The position numbers and the translations under genes are program-made. The notes under the pieces are model-generated. The model had not been told where the DNA came from. It was given only the letters and a program-made list of their open reading frames with translations, and searched no databases. DNA of 63,997 nt, the filler included, from Perkinsus olseni (lineage: Eukaryota), in the NCBI GenBank assembly GCA_013115125.1. It is 5 parts of 5 records of this genome, joined end to end, with 100 filler letters (N's around TTAATTAATTAA, not from the genome) between each part and the next. Parts side by side here need not be neighbours in the genome. Positions count along the whole stretch, not along the records: positions 27,643 to 41,339 come from JABANN010000748.1; positions 41,440 to 55,133 come from JABANN010000749.1; 3 more parts are not named here. One strand, given 5' to 3'. This document shows positions 38,241 to 50,579 of the stretch, in pieces. Numbering within the stretch: the stretch's first letter is position 1; the number at the start of each line of letters is the position of its first letter.

Positions 38241-41200
38241 CTGGTTATGAGTGGCCATATCAACGACCAAGATGTCCACCACTTTGCTGAGTACTCCGAT
38301 GGTTGTCCAGAGCGTATTGTTGACTACCACGACGAAGCATTCAAAAGAACAGTATTTCTATTACTGACCACGCGAACGATAGCATTCTATTGAATACTCC
38401 CATACAGTCCCCTGTGGAGAACGAGTGCCCCTACTATCACGAGCATCGCCGTGCTCGCCCGAGACAGGTCAAGCAACAAGGGGAAGGCCAGTCTTATGTA
38501 TATGCCGAGTGCTCCCTCGAAACCCTCGTCATTGGCTTTGCTCGGCTTTTAACACGTAGCGTAGTGTATCAATTCGCCCGAGTAATTTCTTTCTCATACG
38601 AGAGACGGAGCACTAAGTTCTCACATAAGCTCCGCCGGCTGTGGACATCCCGACCACCGCTGCCAGCTGCGGGCGCCCCTGAGCCTGAGCACGAGAAAAT
38701 ACGAAAGCTGCCAAAGCACTACGAACAAGGACTCACAGACATCTTCGCTTCGTTAGCAAAAATACGGCCGAACTTTTCCGGAAAAGTCTCCGCCTGCGTG
38801 TGGAGGAAAGCTCCACCGGAATCCACGATGTACCTGCAGGTTGTCTGAAAGAACGGCCAGTGCGCGGAGCGAGAGCGTACAAGGTAGGAAGACCCAGCTT
38901 CATCGCAATCTCTTGAAGGCGCAGGGCCTGAGGAAGGAAGAGAGATCCACAGACTCGGACTAGATAAATATACATCGATGAGGTCATGAATAATATATGA
39001 AACTAATGATAATGTATCAATTATTAATAGACGTATACCCCAGTCAAGATCAGGTACTATGGAGTATTCTACAGGATCAAGGCGGCCAGGACAGAGCGCT
39101 GAAGACGGCTGTCATCACCTTCTCACAGGAGAGGCCTATCCATGTGCCCCCCATGGTGGCCCCCTCGTTAATAATAACAGCGCACCAAACACCGCAGACC
39201 TGACCAGCCTGACCGTCTCCCGGCCCGACCAGCGACTTAACGGTTTACCCTCGCCACAGCGGTCACCAGGCCAGCGCTCGGAAAGCGACCATCGTGGAGA
39301 CCATCAGCGGCCAGTGGACTGAGCTCCAGGATCGAACCCGGATCGGGATCGCACAGACACGACAGACGGTCGCGAGCAAGCATCTTCCCTCGGCTCTCTG
39401 CAGGAGGCGCATCGACCTTCTTTCCATTCGTTCACACTTACTCAACTTCTCCTTCGCTGCAGAGCTTGTGTTCATAACCGCCGCAAGCTTTTCTCCCAGC
39501 TTCGACTGTCCTGTCCCGCAGCCCTCACTAGACATTGCTGACTAAAGGCAACTGCCGAAGCGCCCTTGATGAGAGTGACGTTCAGTAGAGGGTATCTTTA
39601 TGAATATCCTTTTTCGTCATGCCCCCTTCAATGATATTACTCTTGTTGCCGCCTCCGCGAGTGTACAGCTTTTCAAAGGTGTATTCATATCGTTGCAACG
39701 AATAGCGTGCTAAAAAACAGGTTCAAACTCTCTGTAACTGAGGCTAAATTAACTTTCTTGACAAAAAAGTTTACTGTTGACTTTCGAAATTTATTTGGAG
39801 CACCGTAGCAATACCATCACGATTCCCATTCCGCCCCTCAGTCGATCGGGCTGCAAAATCAATTTACGCTTGTCATTAATGACAACAGGCTGAACATGCT
39901 AACTGCCATATAGACTCAGGCGCTGCGTCTGACTCAGGCGGTCTGAGAGACTCCCCTCGTCCAACACCTCAGGAGCATTACAAACACTCCTGACGCAACG
40001 CTACGCGGTAACAATGGTGAAAGGGCCTGAGAGCCAGTTGGCAGTCGATGATGATGCAGGACAGGAACGCATCTTAGTGTACCAGGTCATAGAGAAGGTG
40101 ATACCCAGAAACGCAGTCCGACCCTCGTACGATTCTCGGAACTGATATTTTAGGAGAGCTTCTACTAAACCGAACACGGGTGTAAACCGAAACTCTTGCG
40201 CAACTTGCATCTTCTGTAGCTGACATGCCCACCACAGCCCTTAGAATCTTACAGGGAACCCTCAGTCATCGACTCATCCGCGACGGTGTGGTATAACGAC
40301 CGAGGTCGCGGGCGGAGGGAGATAGTGCCCTACCCACATACGGTGTCTTGCTACTTGGCGAACTCCTCCGCCCAGTTATCAACTTTTACTCGCTTCTGCT
40401 CGCTACCATGAATGACCATCAATCGATCGTTCCGAGCATACAGCAGCATGAGTAAAAACACTGAGACGAGGGAGCCCGCCACCACCGAGTCCAACTTCCT
40501 CCTCTTACCTGAGATTTCACATTCAGTACCACTCTTTCGCCCATTCACATCATCATCATCACTGCCCTTCCTTCCATGCTGTCAGCCTTTTTGGATTATG
40601 CAAGTATGGCGCTTCGAAAGATTGAGCCAACGTCGACTTGTAACATTGAGGAATTTTCGTGAACCGCTCGTGGAGGCTGAGTCGCGATCGGCCTACACCT
40701 ACTCGTCACAGGCCGCCTACCAGATATCCCTCCCTTGAACTTTTCAGAAATCATTCCGTGAGAACAGAAAATTTGTAGGGAAGCGCGGAAAAATTGGTAC
40801 GGCAAAGGCGATTCGAGACCTTCTAAGAGGCGACTTGGATTGCAAAAAATGCCCACAGGCCTCCCCGTCGACGAGGGTTCTTACGTATCCCATCAACATC
40901 AGCATCGGCGCCGTCTATGAAAGGTTCCCTCGTCTGTCCTTTCGGTGACGAGAGCTGCCAATCGGACCACCCCATGGGCTTGGAGAACTTCTCGTACACA
41001 GACCGAACCTTCCCCAATACCGGCCGGACATGAGGACGCCGAGCGAACATGATGGTCAGCGAATCGCCAACCCGGGAGCAAACTGACTCTCAAAATCGAT
41101 TCTGGAGATTGGTCTTTTGAAAGAGCGCAAGAAAAAAAGCGCGCGCCCGAGAAGCTCGAAACGCAGTTTTCCGTTTTCAACCCATCACTGTGATAAGAAA

Positions 41201-41339
41201 TGTTTGTGAATGTTGGCCACCACTGCCCTTTACTGTGGAGGATTTCATCTCGGTCTCCCCTGGCTGCGTACCTCCACCTTCAACGGAAACAAGTGTAAAC
41301 CGAGCCGTCCTTAAACGGAAACACGTCCAGCTTCTACTA

Positions 41340-41439
41340 NNNNNNNNNNNNNNNNNNNNNNNNNNNNNNNNNNNNNNNNNNNNTTAATTAATTAANNNNN
41401 NNNNNNNNNNNNNNNNNNNNNNNNNNNNNNNNNNNNNNN
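41340..41439. other. Artificial contig linker
   Basis: N-run + TTAATTAATTAA + N-run. Confidence 0.98.
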
Positions 41440-42078
41440 TGTGCGCTGAGGCACGTCTGGGCAACGTGACCTAAAGTTGCGACGAGCAAAGTTGCCGAAT
41501 TGTATCATGCCCCTTCCAAACGTCCCTGGTGTTCACCAGACTGAATCGAGTTTCAAGATTCTCCGCCTTCCCGAGTTGAATTGGACCTCAAAGGCCCCCT
41601 AATCTCCAGAAAAGGCATCAGTCTATTGTTGAACACCCCCATCCCGAAAGACTACCGTCAACACGCCGAGCGCCAAGATCGACACGTGACGAGTAGCAAG
41701 AGAACATAACGCTACCGCTACACGACAGCCTCGTAGAACTCAGCTTTCTTGCATTTTCCGCTATTACAGAGCACACGATAATGAGCATAGAAAGAGATGC
41801 CATGAAGGTTGACCCTACTGCAGTTCCACGGCAGATCTCGCGTTGAGGAATGCACGAGGTAAGCCAAGGTCGCAAGATTTTTCTAGCTTTTAGTTGTCAT
41901 CATCATCTTCTAGAACTGCTCAGTGTGTTTCCTTTGAGGACTCAGTCGCTTGAGGGGCTCGTCGGCGAAGCAGCAACTTGCTCACCACTTCTTCGAGTCG
42001 AGGTGGGAATCTTAGGTCGACTTTGGTAAGATACAAATTGAGTCAACTCCCTGCTCACAGCCTCTTTAATCGATCAAC

Positions 42079-43589
42079 ATGGCTGACGTCTCTTTCGGCG
42101 TTGGTATTCTCTGTACCCTTCTCGCCGCCTTTTTCTACGGTATCCAATACGTGCCCTGTAAACAATACACCACCTTCGACGGTGCCGTCTTCCAATGGTT
42201 CATGTGCAGCGGTATTCTCTGGGGCGGCATCGTTCTTCAACTCATCCTGATGCTCGCTTTCGACTGGCCCGGTCCGCAGGTCATCCTCTACGGCGTCCTC
42301 TCCGGCATGCTCTGGGGCTCGGCGAATTTCCTGGTAATTCCTCTGGTCAGGATCTGCGGGCTGGCCTTGGGCTTTTCCCTATACCACATCATCAACTTAT
42401 CCTGGGGGTACTGTCTCAGTCGTTTCGGCCTCTTCGGGATGGACCAAGACGTCGGTCGGATACCCGTCCTTAGAGACGTTGGTGTCTTCGTGCTCCTAGC
42501 CTCCTTCGTTATGCTGTTCTGGGTTGAACCAGAGGAGGCGAAGGCCACCACCGCTCCCCTGAAGACCAAAGAAAGACCGTCGCAGAGCGTTCGTCACAAG
42601 GCTACGGCGCCGACCCAGTCCGATGAAACCTCTCCCATGGGCCAGGAGAATGATGACGACGTTGAAGTCGTTAAGAGCCCAACAGCAGGACAGCCGTCGA
42701 GGAAATATCTCTTTGGTCTGAGTCGCGTGCACGCCATTAAACTAGCAGGTAAATCGCCACTTAAATCTCTCCATTCCTCATTGCCGGGTCATTCAGGTAT
42801 CGCCTTAGCCATCGCCGCGGGAGTGCTGACTGCCATGAATGGATGGCCGTATGCTCTGTGGGCTCAGACCCAACAAGGGAAGGACATGATGGCGGTAGTA
42901 CACGGGAAGAGGTTGGGGGGCGCGGATACCAAATTTTGGAACTCTAATCGTTACTTCTAATTTCGCTTGTTAACTCGAACCGAAATTCTACCCTCGCGAT
43001 TCTAATCGTTCCAAATACCAAATTTCGCCCGAATCATTTGCATCTCGAATTAGCACTGTTCGCGCTATCTACACCCATTGCCACCATATTCTGTTCACCA
43101 GTGACCCCACGTCATGCGTCTCTGCAGGTGCAATTTGTATTCTCCCAAACCATTGGTATCTACGCCGTCTCCAGTATCTGGTACTGGCTCTCATCGACCA
43201 TCCGACAATTCGCTTTTAAAAAGCGTACCAATCACTCAGTTATTCGTCCAGCCTTCATTGCCGGTAGTGCCGTCTGTGGGATAGAACCTCTGCGGGATGT
43301 GATACAGCGGGTTTCAGGTCTCTTCTGGGTCATCGGTGATGTCAACATGCTTTACGGAATCGATGGTATCGGCTACGCGGCAGCTTACACTTTAGACGCT
43401 GTCGGACCGGTCATGGTCGCTAGTGTCCTCAGCCTTTTGTGGTTCAAGGAGATCAAGGAAACAAGGTGAATAAAATACCGTCGCCGGGGTTCGAACCAGA
43501 GACCTCTATTTCTCAGGCAGCGTCTATGGTTCACCGGTTCATTCGTCACTCAAGTCGCAGGTTGTATAATGGTAGCCGTAGGCGCCTAA
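42079..43589 (+). CDS. TMEM144: TMEM144-like (DMT superfamily) membrane protein, 5 exons
   Basis: FYGIQYVPCKQYTTFDGAVFQWFMCSGI, GMLWGSAN..GLALG..W..SRFGLFG and GPVMVASVLSLLWFKEIK match the TMEM144 pattern. Introns include 43264-43317 and 43466-43516. Confidence 0.85.
43268..43292 (-). pseudogene. tRNA 3'-end fragment (Lys-like) at the 5' end of TMEM144 intron 3
   Basis: Minus strand GGTTCTATCCCACAGACGGCA resembles a T-loop plus the CCCAC AGACGGC-N end of tRNA-Lys(TTT). Confidence 0.5.
43472..43507 (-). pseudogene. tRNA 3' half with T4 terminator inside TMEM144 intron 4
   Basis: AGAGGTC TCTGG TTCGAAC CCCGG CGACGGT A TTTT. Confidence 0.75.
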
Positions 43590-43957
43590 GAGTGCATCTA
43601 CTGCACCCAATACATTTTCCAGTCGAGTATCATTTAACAAAGGTGTGGTATGAAAAAATCCACACGCCTGCGCAGAAAATCATCCTAGGTATCTTGTAGA
43701 CTTGTAGTAGTAAAATATCTTTATTCCGTCAGTGTCACCCAGAGAAGCTTTCGCTGCCGTCCCGAATCCTTCGACGATTGCTCCTCTGACGTCTTGTGTT
43801 ACGCTATTTATCGACTACCAGCCAGCTTTGTTGTCCCCCTCCTACGAGGAGAAGACCACACGACTTTGCGGCTGTTTACGTTTTCCGACTCTTCGGTGGT
43901 TGGGTTGACGATCGCTGTTAATGGACTGCAAGAAGGAGAGAATAGCTTTTCATTAGC

Positions 43958-45151
43958 ATGTCGGACGGCGTGGAGGAGGACAGGGAGATCACACGCGATA
44001 TCTACGCCCTTTTAGCGGACAGCAGGGCCGAGCTATTCGATGACACAGTCGAAAGGTGAGCTCCTAATGGGTTCGAGTGACTGTAACAATGACTCTCTAA
44101 CTCGTGGAAGTAGCTGAGCTATGGAGACATAAGGGAGCAACTGTAGAGGAGAGTTAGGGCACCCAGCGTAGGGCGACGACCAACAGCGATTAGCTACGGA
44201 TCCTATGCTGCACATAAATGTCCGCATAATACCGTAACAAACTCCCTCTCTCGGTGCAATCAGTTCTCGGAGCGATCGTCTCGTCGGTGGTCAGTCGTCT
44301 CTCCGCCGCTCTGGCCCGTCTGCTGGCGAGGTTGCGTCAGAACAGCGGTGATCAGTGGATCGGGAATCGAATTGTAAAGGAGGTCCTGCTAGAAAATGGT
44401 AGGTCCTGGGATTCGAACCTGCGTCCAATATCCTCGACCATCAGGTACCGATCTCTTAATTAGAGTCATGAAGCGCTTCCCGGACCTCGCTGAACTGGCT
44501 GGCGAATGCATCGCCGCGGCAACCTCAGAAAATGTCATCTGCGGTTCCGGGGCGCCAACAACCGTCACTTTCGGCACTCCACCTCACGACGTTCAATTTC
44601 ACATGCAAACCGCCGACTACTACGGCGCTGGTCTCGGCTATAAAATATGGCCCGCCGCGATCGCGCTGGCCCGAGCAATCTATCAACATGATGTATCCCT
44701 CGGAGACCATCCGAAGGTTGTAGAGATCGGTGCAGGAGTCGGGCTAGCGGGCATTGCTGCGGCTAAATTCGGCGAAGCTTCTTCCGTCTGCTTCACGGAC
44801 AGGATGGCCGGGTCGTTGGAAGTCGCCATGAGAAACGCCAAGAGGAACTGCCTCAGCGGCAGATTTAGTAGTAAAGTCGTGGACTGGCGTGACGCTGATG
44901 GCCTGCCTGATGACGCTGATGTGATGCTCGGCGCGGATGTCATTTACGAGGAGGCACACGCCGAGCTGATCATGCAGCTGTTGAGGAACTTCCACGGCAA
45001 GAAGGCAGTACTAGCACTCATGCCACAGAGGCCAGGGTATAGGGAATTCATCTCGAAATTGAGGAATCTCAAGAGTGTGCAAGTTGCCAAGATGTCCGTG
45101 TCTACTCCGATAGGAGAATGTTCAATATTGGAGATCTCGGTGATTGACTGA
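43958..45151 (+). CDS. SAM-dependent methyltransferase, Methyltransf_16/METTL21-like; 5' exons tentative
   Basis: GYKIWPAAIALA, VVEIGAGVGLAGI, FTD, VDW and LGADVIY motifs. The intron 44399-44444 joins ..EVLLENG to TDLLIRVMK in frame. Confidence 0.85.
44399..44427 (-). pseudogene. tRNA 3'-end-like fragment at the 5' end of the methyltransferase intron
   Basis: Minus strand GGACGCAGG TTCGAAT CCCAGGACCTAC has a perfect B-box GGTTCGAATCC. Confidence 0.55.
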
Positions 45152-45641
45152 AGTCTCCATTCAATAATCTTCGCTGTGCGCGTAGGAAGATACGACTTTA
45201 TAAGATCGTTTTACCATCTCAAAGTGTCTCTGCCGTTTTCATTTTGATGGGTTAACTGTCGAGCTCATCAATCGTTCAAGAATTGTCGCTGCACACGCCG
45301 GCCAATATATCATGGAAAATTTACCGCAGAAATAAAACGGAAAGAGAATACGATGCACCGATGGCCAACACTCTCATGTGGAATTGGATCATTTCGTGCG
45401 TGTGTCTGAATAGCATCCAAAGCGTATATGAAGCCAACACGCACACCAAAGGGATCCACTTTGTCTCAGCACCTTGGGAAAATTAATGAAACTGCTCGAC
45501 ACGGTTTACCTCGTGACTTATGCGCAAAAGCCATCTCTTGACGAAAAATGCCGGGCCTGGAGTTGCACCTGAGGCTGCACTGGCTATCTCGAGTTGACGG
45601 CTTCGCTTCGCCACGAAGGCCTAGCGATCAACCCAACGCAC

Positions 45642-47131
45642 TCACGAGACGTTCCTTTCCTCACTGACACCGCGACTGCCGTAATAACTCAACACTCCTT
45701 CCTCCGGTGTTTGCACTAATTCTTTCATTCGCTACATTCACATCATCACGCTGCGGGGTCCTTCACTTGTGGGGAGGCCGCTGTCATACTCGACGAGGCC
45801 GCTCCTTTAATACCACTCCCTGCGCAAATCACAGCTGCACAGGGACACCCGAGGAGATAATCCAAACCCCACCTTTATAGCTCTCCTGCATGGCACCTTC
45901 ACCTCTACTCGTCGGCGGGGCTCGAGCGCTCTTCCCCAAGGCATTCTCCAACTCTTGATAAGCAGACCGCTGTATGTTTTGGGTGTTTTGAAGCCGCTAA
46001 AGAGAAGCAGCCGCTGAAAAATTCCAACGCCGTCCTCCGATCGTCACTTGGATGAGTTCCATCTCCTCCTTCTCCATGGCCGACACCAACGCCTCCGTGT
46101 GGGCTCGTAGCGTCTCCTCCTGCTGCACTTTATTTTCATAGTCCATTCGGCAGCTCTCCAGCTTTCGGAACTGATACCACAACATACGCAACTCCCAAGC
46201 CCGTCGGCCCCCCTCATCACCTTCTCTTGTTCGATCCTCTTCTTAGCATTGTCCCTCTGGCTTCGTATCGCCGTCGCCCTGCTCGTGTTGGCACCCCTGA
46301 AGCACGGCCTCCCACCACCCCTCTGCCCCTCCCTCCCACATGTCCCTCATCCACTTCTCCTGTCTCTGCCTTTCAAGCTTCATCTGCTCCTCCCGCCCCT
46401 CACGGACAAGATGCCGCTTCGATTCGAGCATCGCAGATCTCGTCGCCTGACAACACGCCATCGGAACCCCACAGCAGCGTCTTCTCGTCCCACCTCTCGC
46501 TGCTGCTTGGCCTTGTCCTTCATAAACGCATTCCTCGCCTGGCTGGCCCGAGCTGCCTCCCACTTCTTTTTGTGCATCTGACGACGCCCCAACGGTGCAT
46601 GACCGACCAGCGGACGCACTAGTGACGGTCACCTGCTCTTTGGCGATGACTTTTGCTTCATTCTCAGCTCGCAGTGTGTTGATTTGCTCAGCCCTGAAGC
46701 ATATCTTAGGTCGGCCCGTGAAAGATACCGAATAGGTCCGGCTTACTTTCTACGAGTCTCCTGTATCTTTTTCCAAGCCTTCTCCTCCTCTTGCTTCAGT
46801 AGTGCTATGCGGTTGGCAAGCAGCTGGGCGTCGAGTTCGGATCTCTTTCGAGATTCCTTCGCGACCTGATAACTCACTCGTGCAGCCCACTTTGCCCTAC
46901 TGGGAAGACCGACTTACCGTCAGAGTCGCGCGCATCTGGCTCACTTCGCCTTGCAGCTGCGACGTCGCCGTACTGGTATTGTGCAAATGCTGACCTGAGA
47001 ACAGCTCTGACCTGTTTTGAGTTCTGCATGGTTCGACCTAAGATACACCTACCACCTCCAGCTGATCCATGCAGAACGCTCTGGGACTGCTCTTGGGCGC
47101 TGTTATCGACCGAGACAGGCTGGTTCTCCAT
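45642..47131 (-). CDS. Multi-exon coiled-coil hypothetical protein
   Basis: Spliced exons AQLLANRIALLKQEEEKAWKKIQETRR..ALVSAMEKEEMELIQRLQNTQNIQRSAYQELENAL. The 3' end is uncertain. Confidence 0.65.
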
Positions 47132-48103
47132 TAGACAATGCAAAACTGCCAACCACCGCCGACGCGTTGCGATGATTCCCGCAAACTTCAAAGCATCCTT
47201 CTCTCGACAACCCACGACGAGCTCATGTGATGCCAGAGGTGACCGCTGTCCGGGGCTCCTCTACCCTCTGCCTCATCGTCATCACCTCGTCGCCTTCGAT
47301 AGAATGCCGACGCTTCCTGCGAATACCAAATCTTCACCGCCACTCGAATGGCACCTACATGCTCATCCGCCTTGCCGCGCTACAAAGAGCCGCAGCCGAC
47401 ACGCAGAGGTCGCCGTCGAGCGAGTCGGAGTCTAGGTCCGCACACCACACTAGCCGACGGGGTAGACGATAGCCTGAAGCGTTCGATGAAGGGTTACTCT
47501 GGAGACGAATACTCACCATGAGGAGTACAGAATGGCTCCGGTCCGAGAGTGAGGTGCCCCTTCCTCGGGAAACACTCCCTGAGCGATCGCTCGGAGTTGC
47601 AGCGCCTGATCGAGGCAGTAGGGATCGTCAAGGGGACGACATGGGTCTTCCTATCCGACCTCAACCGTCTCGAGGAGGTGGTGTCCGATGACAAGCTTGA
47701 AAGGCGGCCTGAGGTTTGGGAAATACGGCTGGCCCGTCGCTGTTGATGGACCGACGGAAAATTCCGAGAGGAGTCCGTCCTCTCTGCAGAATAGTCGGAG
47801 TCTCCTTCAGCTCTTCTCGCCGCGCTATGCGCTGCTCGAAATCTTCAACTAGATGACGGAAGTGAACAGCGTCGGAGGACAAGACATGCTGTTTAACCAT
47901 AAAGAGGAAACTATCGGTGAAGAATCAACGAGATTGTACCTCCTGTAGCGTTCGAACCGGCGACCTGTCGCATCTAGGACGAACACCATGTCCAGCTGAG
48001 CCACGCCGCTCACGGCACACACTGAAAACCTCCCAATGAAGCGACGGCCATTGACAAAATCGGAGCATCCCTCTTCATAGAAAAGGAGTAACATAACCAC
48101 CAA

Positions 48104-50049
48104 TCACTGAATTCTCTCGATGACCACACTCGTCGCCCCTCCTCCGCCATTACATATTGTCGCACAACCGACACTGTAATCATTCTCACCCAAAATTCTC
48201 GTCAAAGTCCCCACCAGACGGGCTCCTGAGGCTCCAATGGGGTGCCCGAGAGCCACCGCCCCTCCGTCCACGTTAACCCTCGACGGATCTAGGTCCAATA
48301 ATTTCATATTGGCGATGGCCACCGACGAGAAGGCCTCGTTAATCTCCCAGACGTCAACGTCCCTGAAAACAACAAGGCGTCTAAACTGAGATAATCGCAA
48401 CTAGTTTACAAGTGAGACCATCCTGTTTGGAAAAACATCTCTTCACAACGGAAACCAACTCAAGCAAGACCGCCAGCTCTCCACTGTGGAGGACGCATGC
48501 ATGCCGCCCCCGCCGCCGCCGCCGCCGCGCGGATGAGGCGGAATGGCTCCCCCATGATGCTCACTTCGGCGTCATCCCTGCCTTCTGCAGTGCCACCCTC
48601 GCTGCCCCGGCCGGTGAGATCGAATAATCTATGGGGTCCTGCTCGAAATCTGCCCAGGAGATGATCCTGATCAGCCAGGCCACTTCAACAATCGATCAGC
48701 CGGGCGGGCGCTTCTATCACCGAGCCAGCGGGGTCAAGCCTTGTTCCCGAGAGAATTCCTCACTGACGACGACGAGTGCCGCTGCACCATCGTTGAGCTT
48801 GGAGGCGTTGGCGGCAGTAATGGTGCCATCTTTGATGAAGGCTGGTCGGACCGCTGCCACCCGCTCGATCTTCAAGTTCGTGAACCTGAATTCGACAAGT
48901 TGTTTCCAACAACCACGAGAGGTGAGACTCACTCCTCATCACTGTAAAAAATTTTAGGTTCGCCACCCTTGACTGTTGGGGGGACTTCAACTGGGAACGC
49001 CTAGGGAACGCTAACGCGTTGCGGATCTCGGGACGTGCGCAGCAACATTCGAGTTGGACTGGAAAGTGATGCACCGAACCTCCGAAACTTGCCTCATTCT
49101 TCATCTTTCCTTTACTCCACGCCGCGGCCGCCCTCTGATAGGACTGGATGGCGTAGTCATCCTAACGCACGAAGCAGCATTCAACTCGTAGCGGCGGGCC
49201 AAGACAGCACTTGCTCCTCTCGAGTAATGCCAAACTCTTTAACGGTCTTCTCAGCACACTTGCCCATGTGGATGTCGTTATAGACATCCCAGAGCCCATC
49301 TCTCAAGACTAGATCTACCAGCTGGCCATGGCCGTATCTAAAACACTCATCGCCCGATTAGTTCAGCTGGATAGAATGTCTGCCTACGGAGCAGATGGTC
49401 GTAGGTTCGAATCCTGCATCGGGTACTTACTTATACCCGCCACTCCTAGCCTCCGTCAATGCATGTGGCGTATTGCTCATCGACTCCATCCCTCCAGCAA
49501 CAATCTGCCATCATTCTATACCACCATCCACTGAGGAGTCACCTACCACATCGGCCTCCCCCACAGCGATGGAAGTAGCCGCGATAGAGACCGCCCTCAT
49601 ACCACTGCTGCACACTTTATTAACACTCATCACAATCGTGGACGAGGGAAGCTTGGCCGCCAAAGCTGCCTGACGTGCCGGGGCCTGACATAGATAGACA
49701 AACCGCAGTCGCACAGAACGAACCCACGACCACTGGCAGCGTAGGGGTGAAGATTAACCACTCGCCCATACTACCTGTCCACAAGCCGCTGAGAGTACAT
49801 GCCCCATGATAACCTGATCCACCTCTCCACCATCGACCTTCGCTTGAGCCAATGCTCGCGTGATGGCCTGAGGCGATCAAACATATCCCCTCAATCGCCT
49901 GTTAATGCTTTCCCAAAACCACCCACATGAGCTGCTAGTTGAGGCGCCTTGAACGACGACAACCTCCCCAAAAAAGAACCGATCGGAGTTCGAGCATAGC
50001 CGACTATCACCGCCGACCGAGGCAGGGAGAGGGGACGTATGATAGGCAT
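48104..50049 (-). CDS. Acetyl-CoA C-acetyltransferase (thiolase), multi-exon
   Basis: [73 protein letters not shown] and CNGGGG. Includes a GC-AG intron at 49001-49092. Confidence 0.95.
49352..49425 (+). tRNA. tRNA-Arg (anticodon ACG), antisense within a thiolase intron
   Basis: GCCCGAT TA GTTC AGCTGGATA GAAT G TCTGC CT-ACG-GA GCAGA TGGTC GTAGG TTCGAAT CCTGC ATCGGGT A; all stems pair. Confidence 0.95.
49704..49774 (-). pseudogene. Degenerate full-length tRNA (Ser-like) forming a thiolase intron
   Basis: GTAGTATGGGCGAGTGGTTAA...GGTCGTGGGTTCG..GCGACTGCG retains an A-box, a partial B-box and GTAGT/ACTGC acceptor pairing. The anticodon arm has decayed. Confidence 0.55.
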
Positions 50050-50579
50050 GAAAAATGAAGCCCCCAGCCACTAGACCCGCGCAAGTTCGATCCCCAGGTC
50101 CGCAACCCAACGCCATTGACCAGCATTAAGCCGCTGACACGCATCTGCCCGAACGACCTCCACAACTAACCAGCCTGCTTGCACAGAATTGACGGTATTC
50201 AACCACAGGAAGAGGCGCTTGCAGCGGCGGAGGCGGCAATATCCCCACTAACAGTAGGAGTATGATAAATGTGATAATAATTGAGCAATGACAACGTGAT
50301 TTTGAGAAGTGCTATTATTACTACCGATAGAGCATCAATCAACATCAACAACGGTATGGCATCAACCGCTATTACAGGTTTACTGACATCACCACCTTCA
50401 TTAGAGATGCATCAAGGAGATACAAAATGGTAATTCGCAATGACGACGACCATCGTGCACAGCCGGATGAATAGGTAGAAGAACAAACTCAGAAATTATT
50501 GATAAGTATCTAAGGTGGAACCACGAAAGATACAGAACAGCTCAAGACTGGAATGCAGTATTCGTAGAGCCTGGCTTAC

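Noticed and set aside
39260-40330. Possible degenerate reverse transcriptase
   Set aside because: Only isolated VDD and FLG-like fragments are visible; too weak to call.
49840-49855. Spliced-leader relic (TTGGCTCAAG)
   Set aside because: It lies inside thiolase codons (ALAQA), and the 5' part of the leader is absent.
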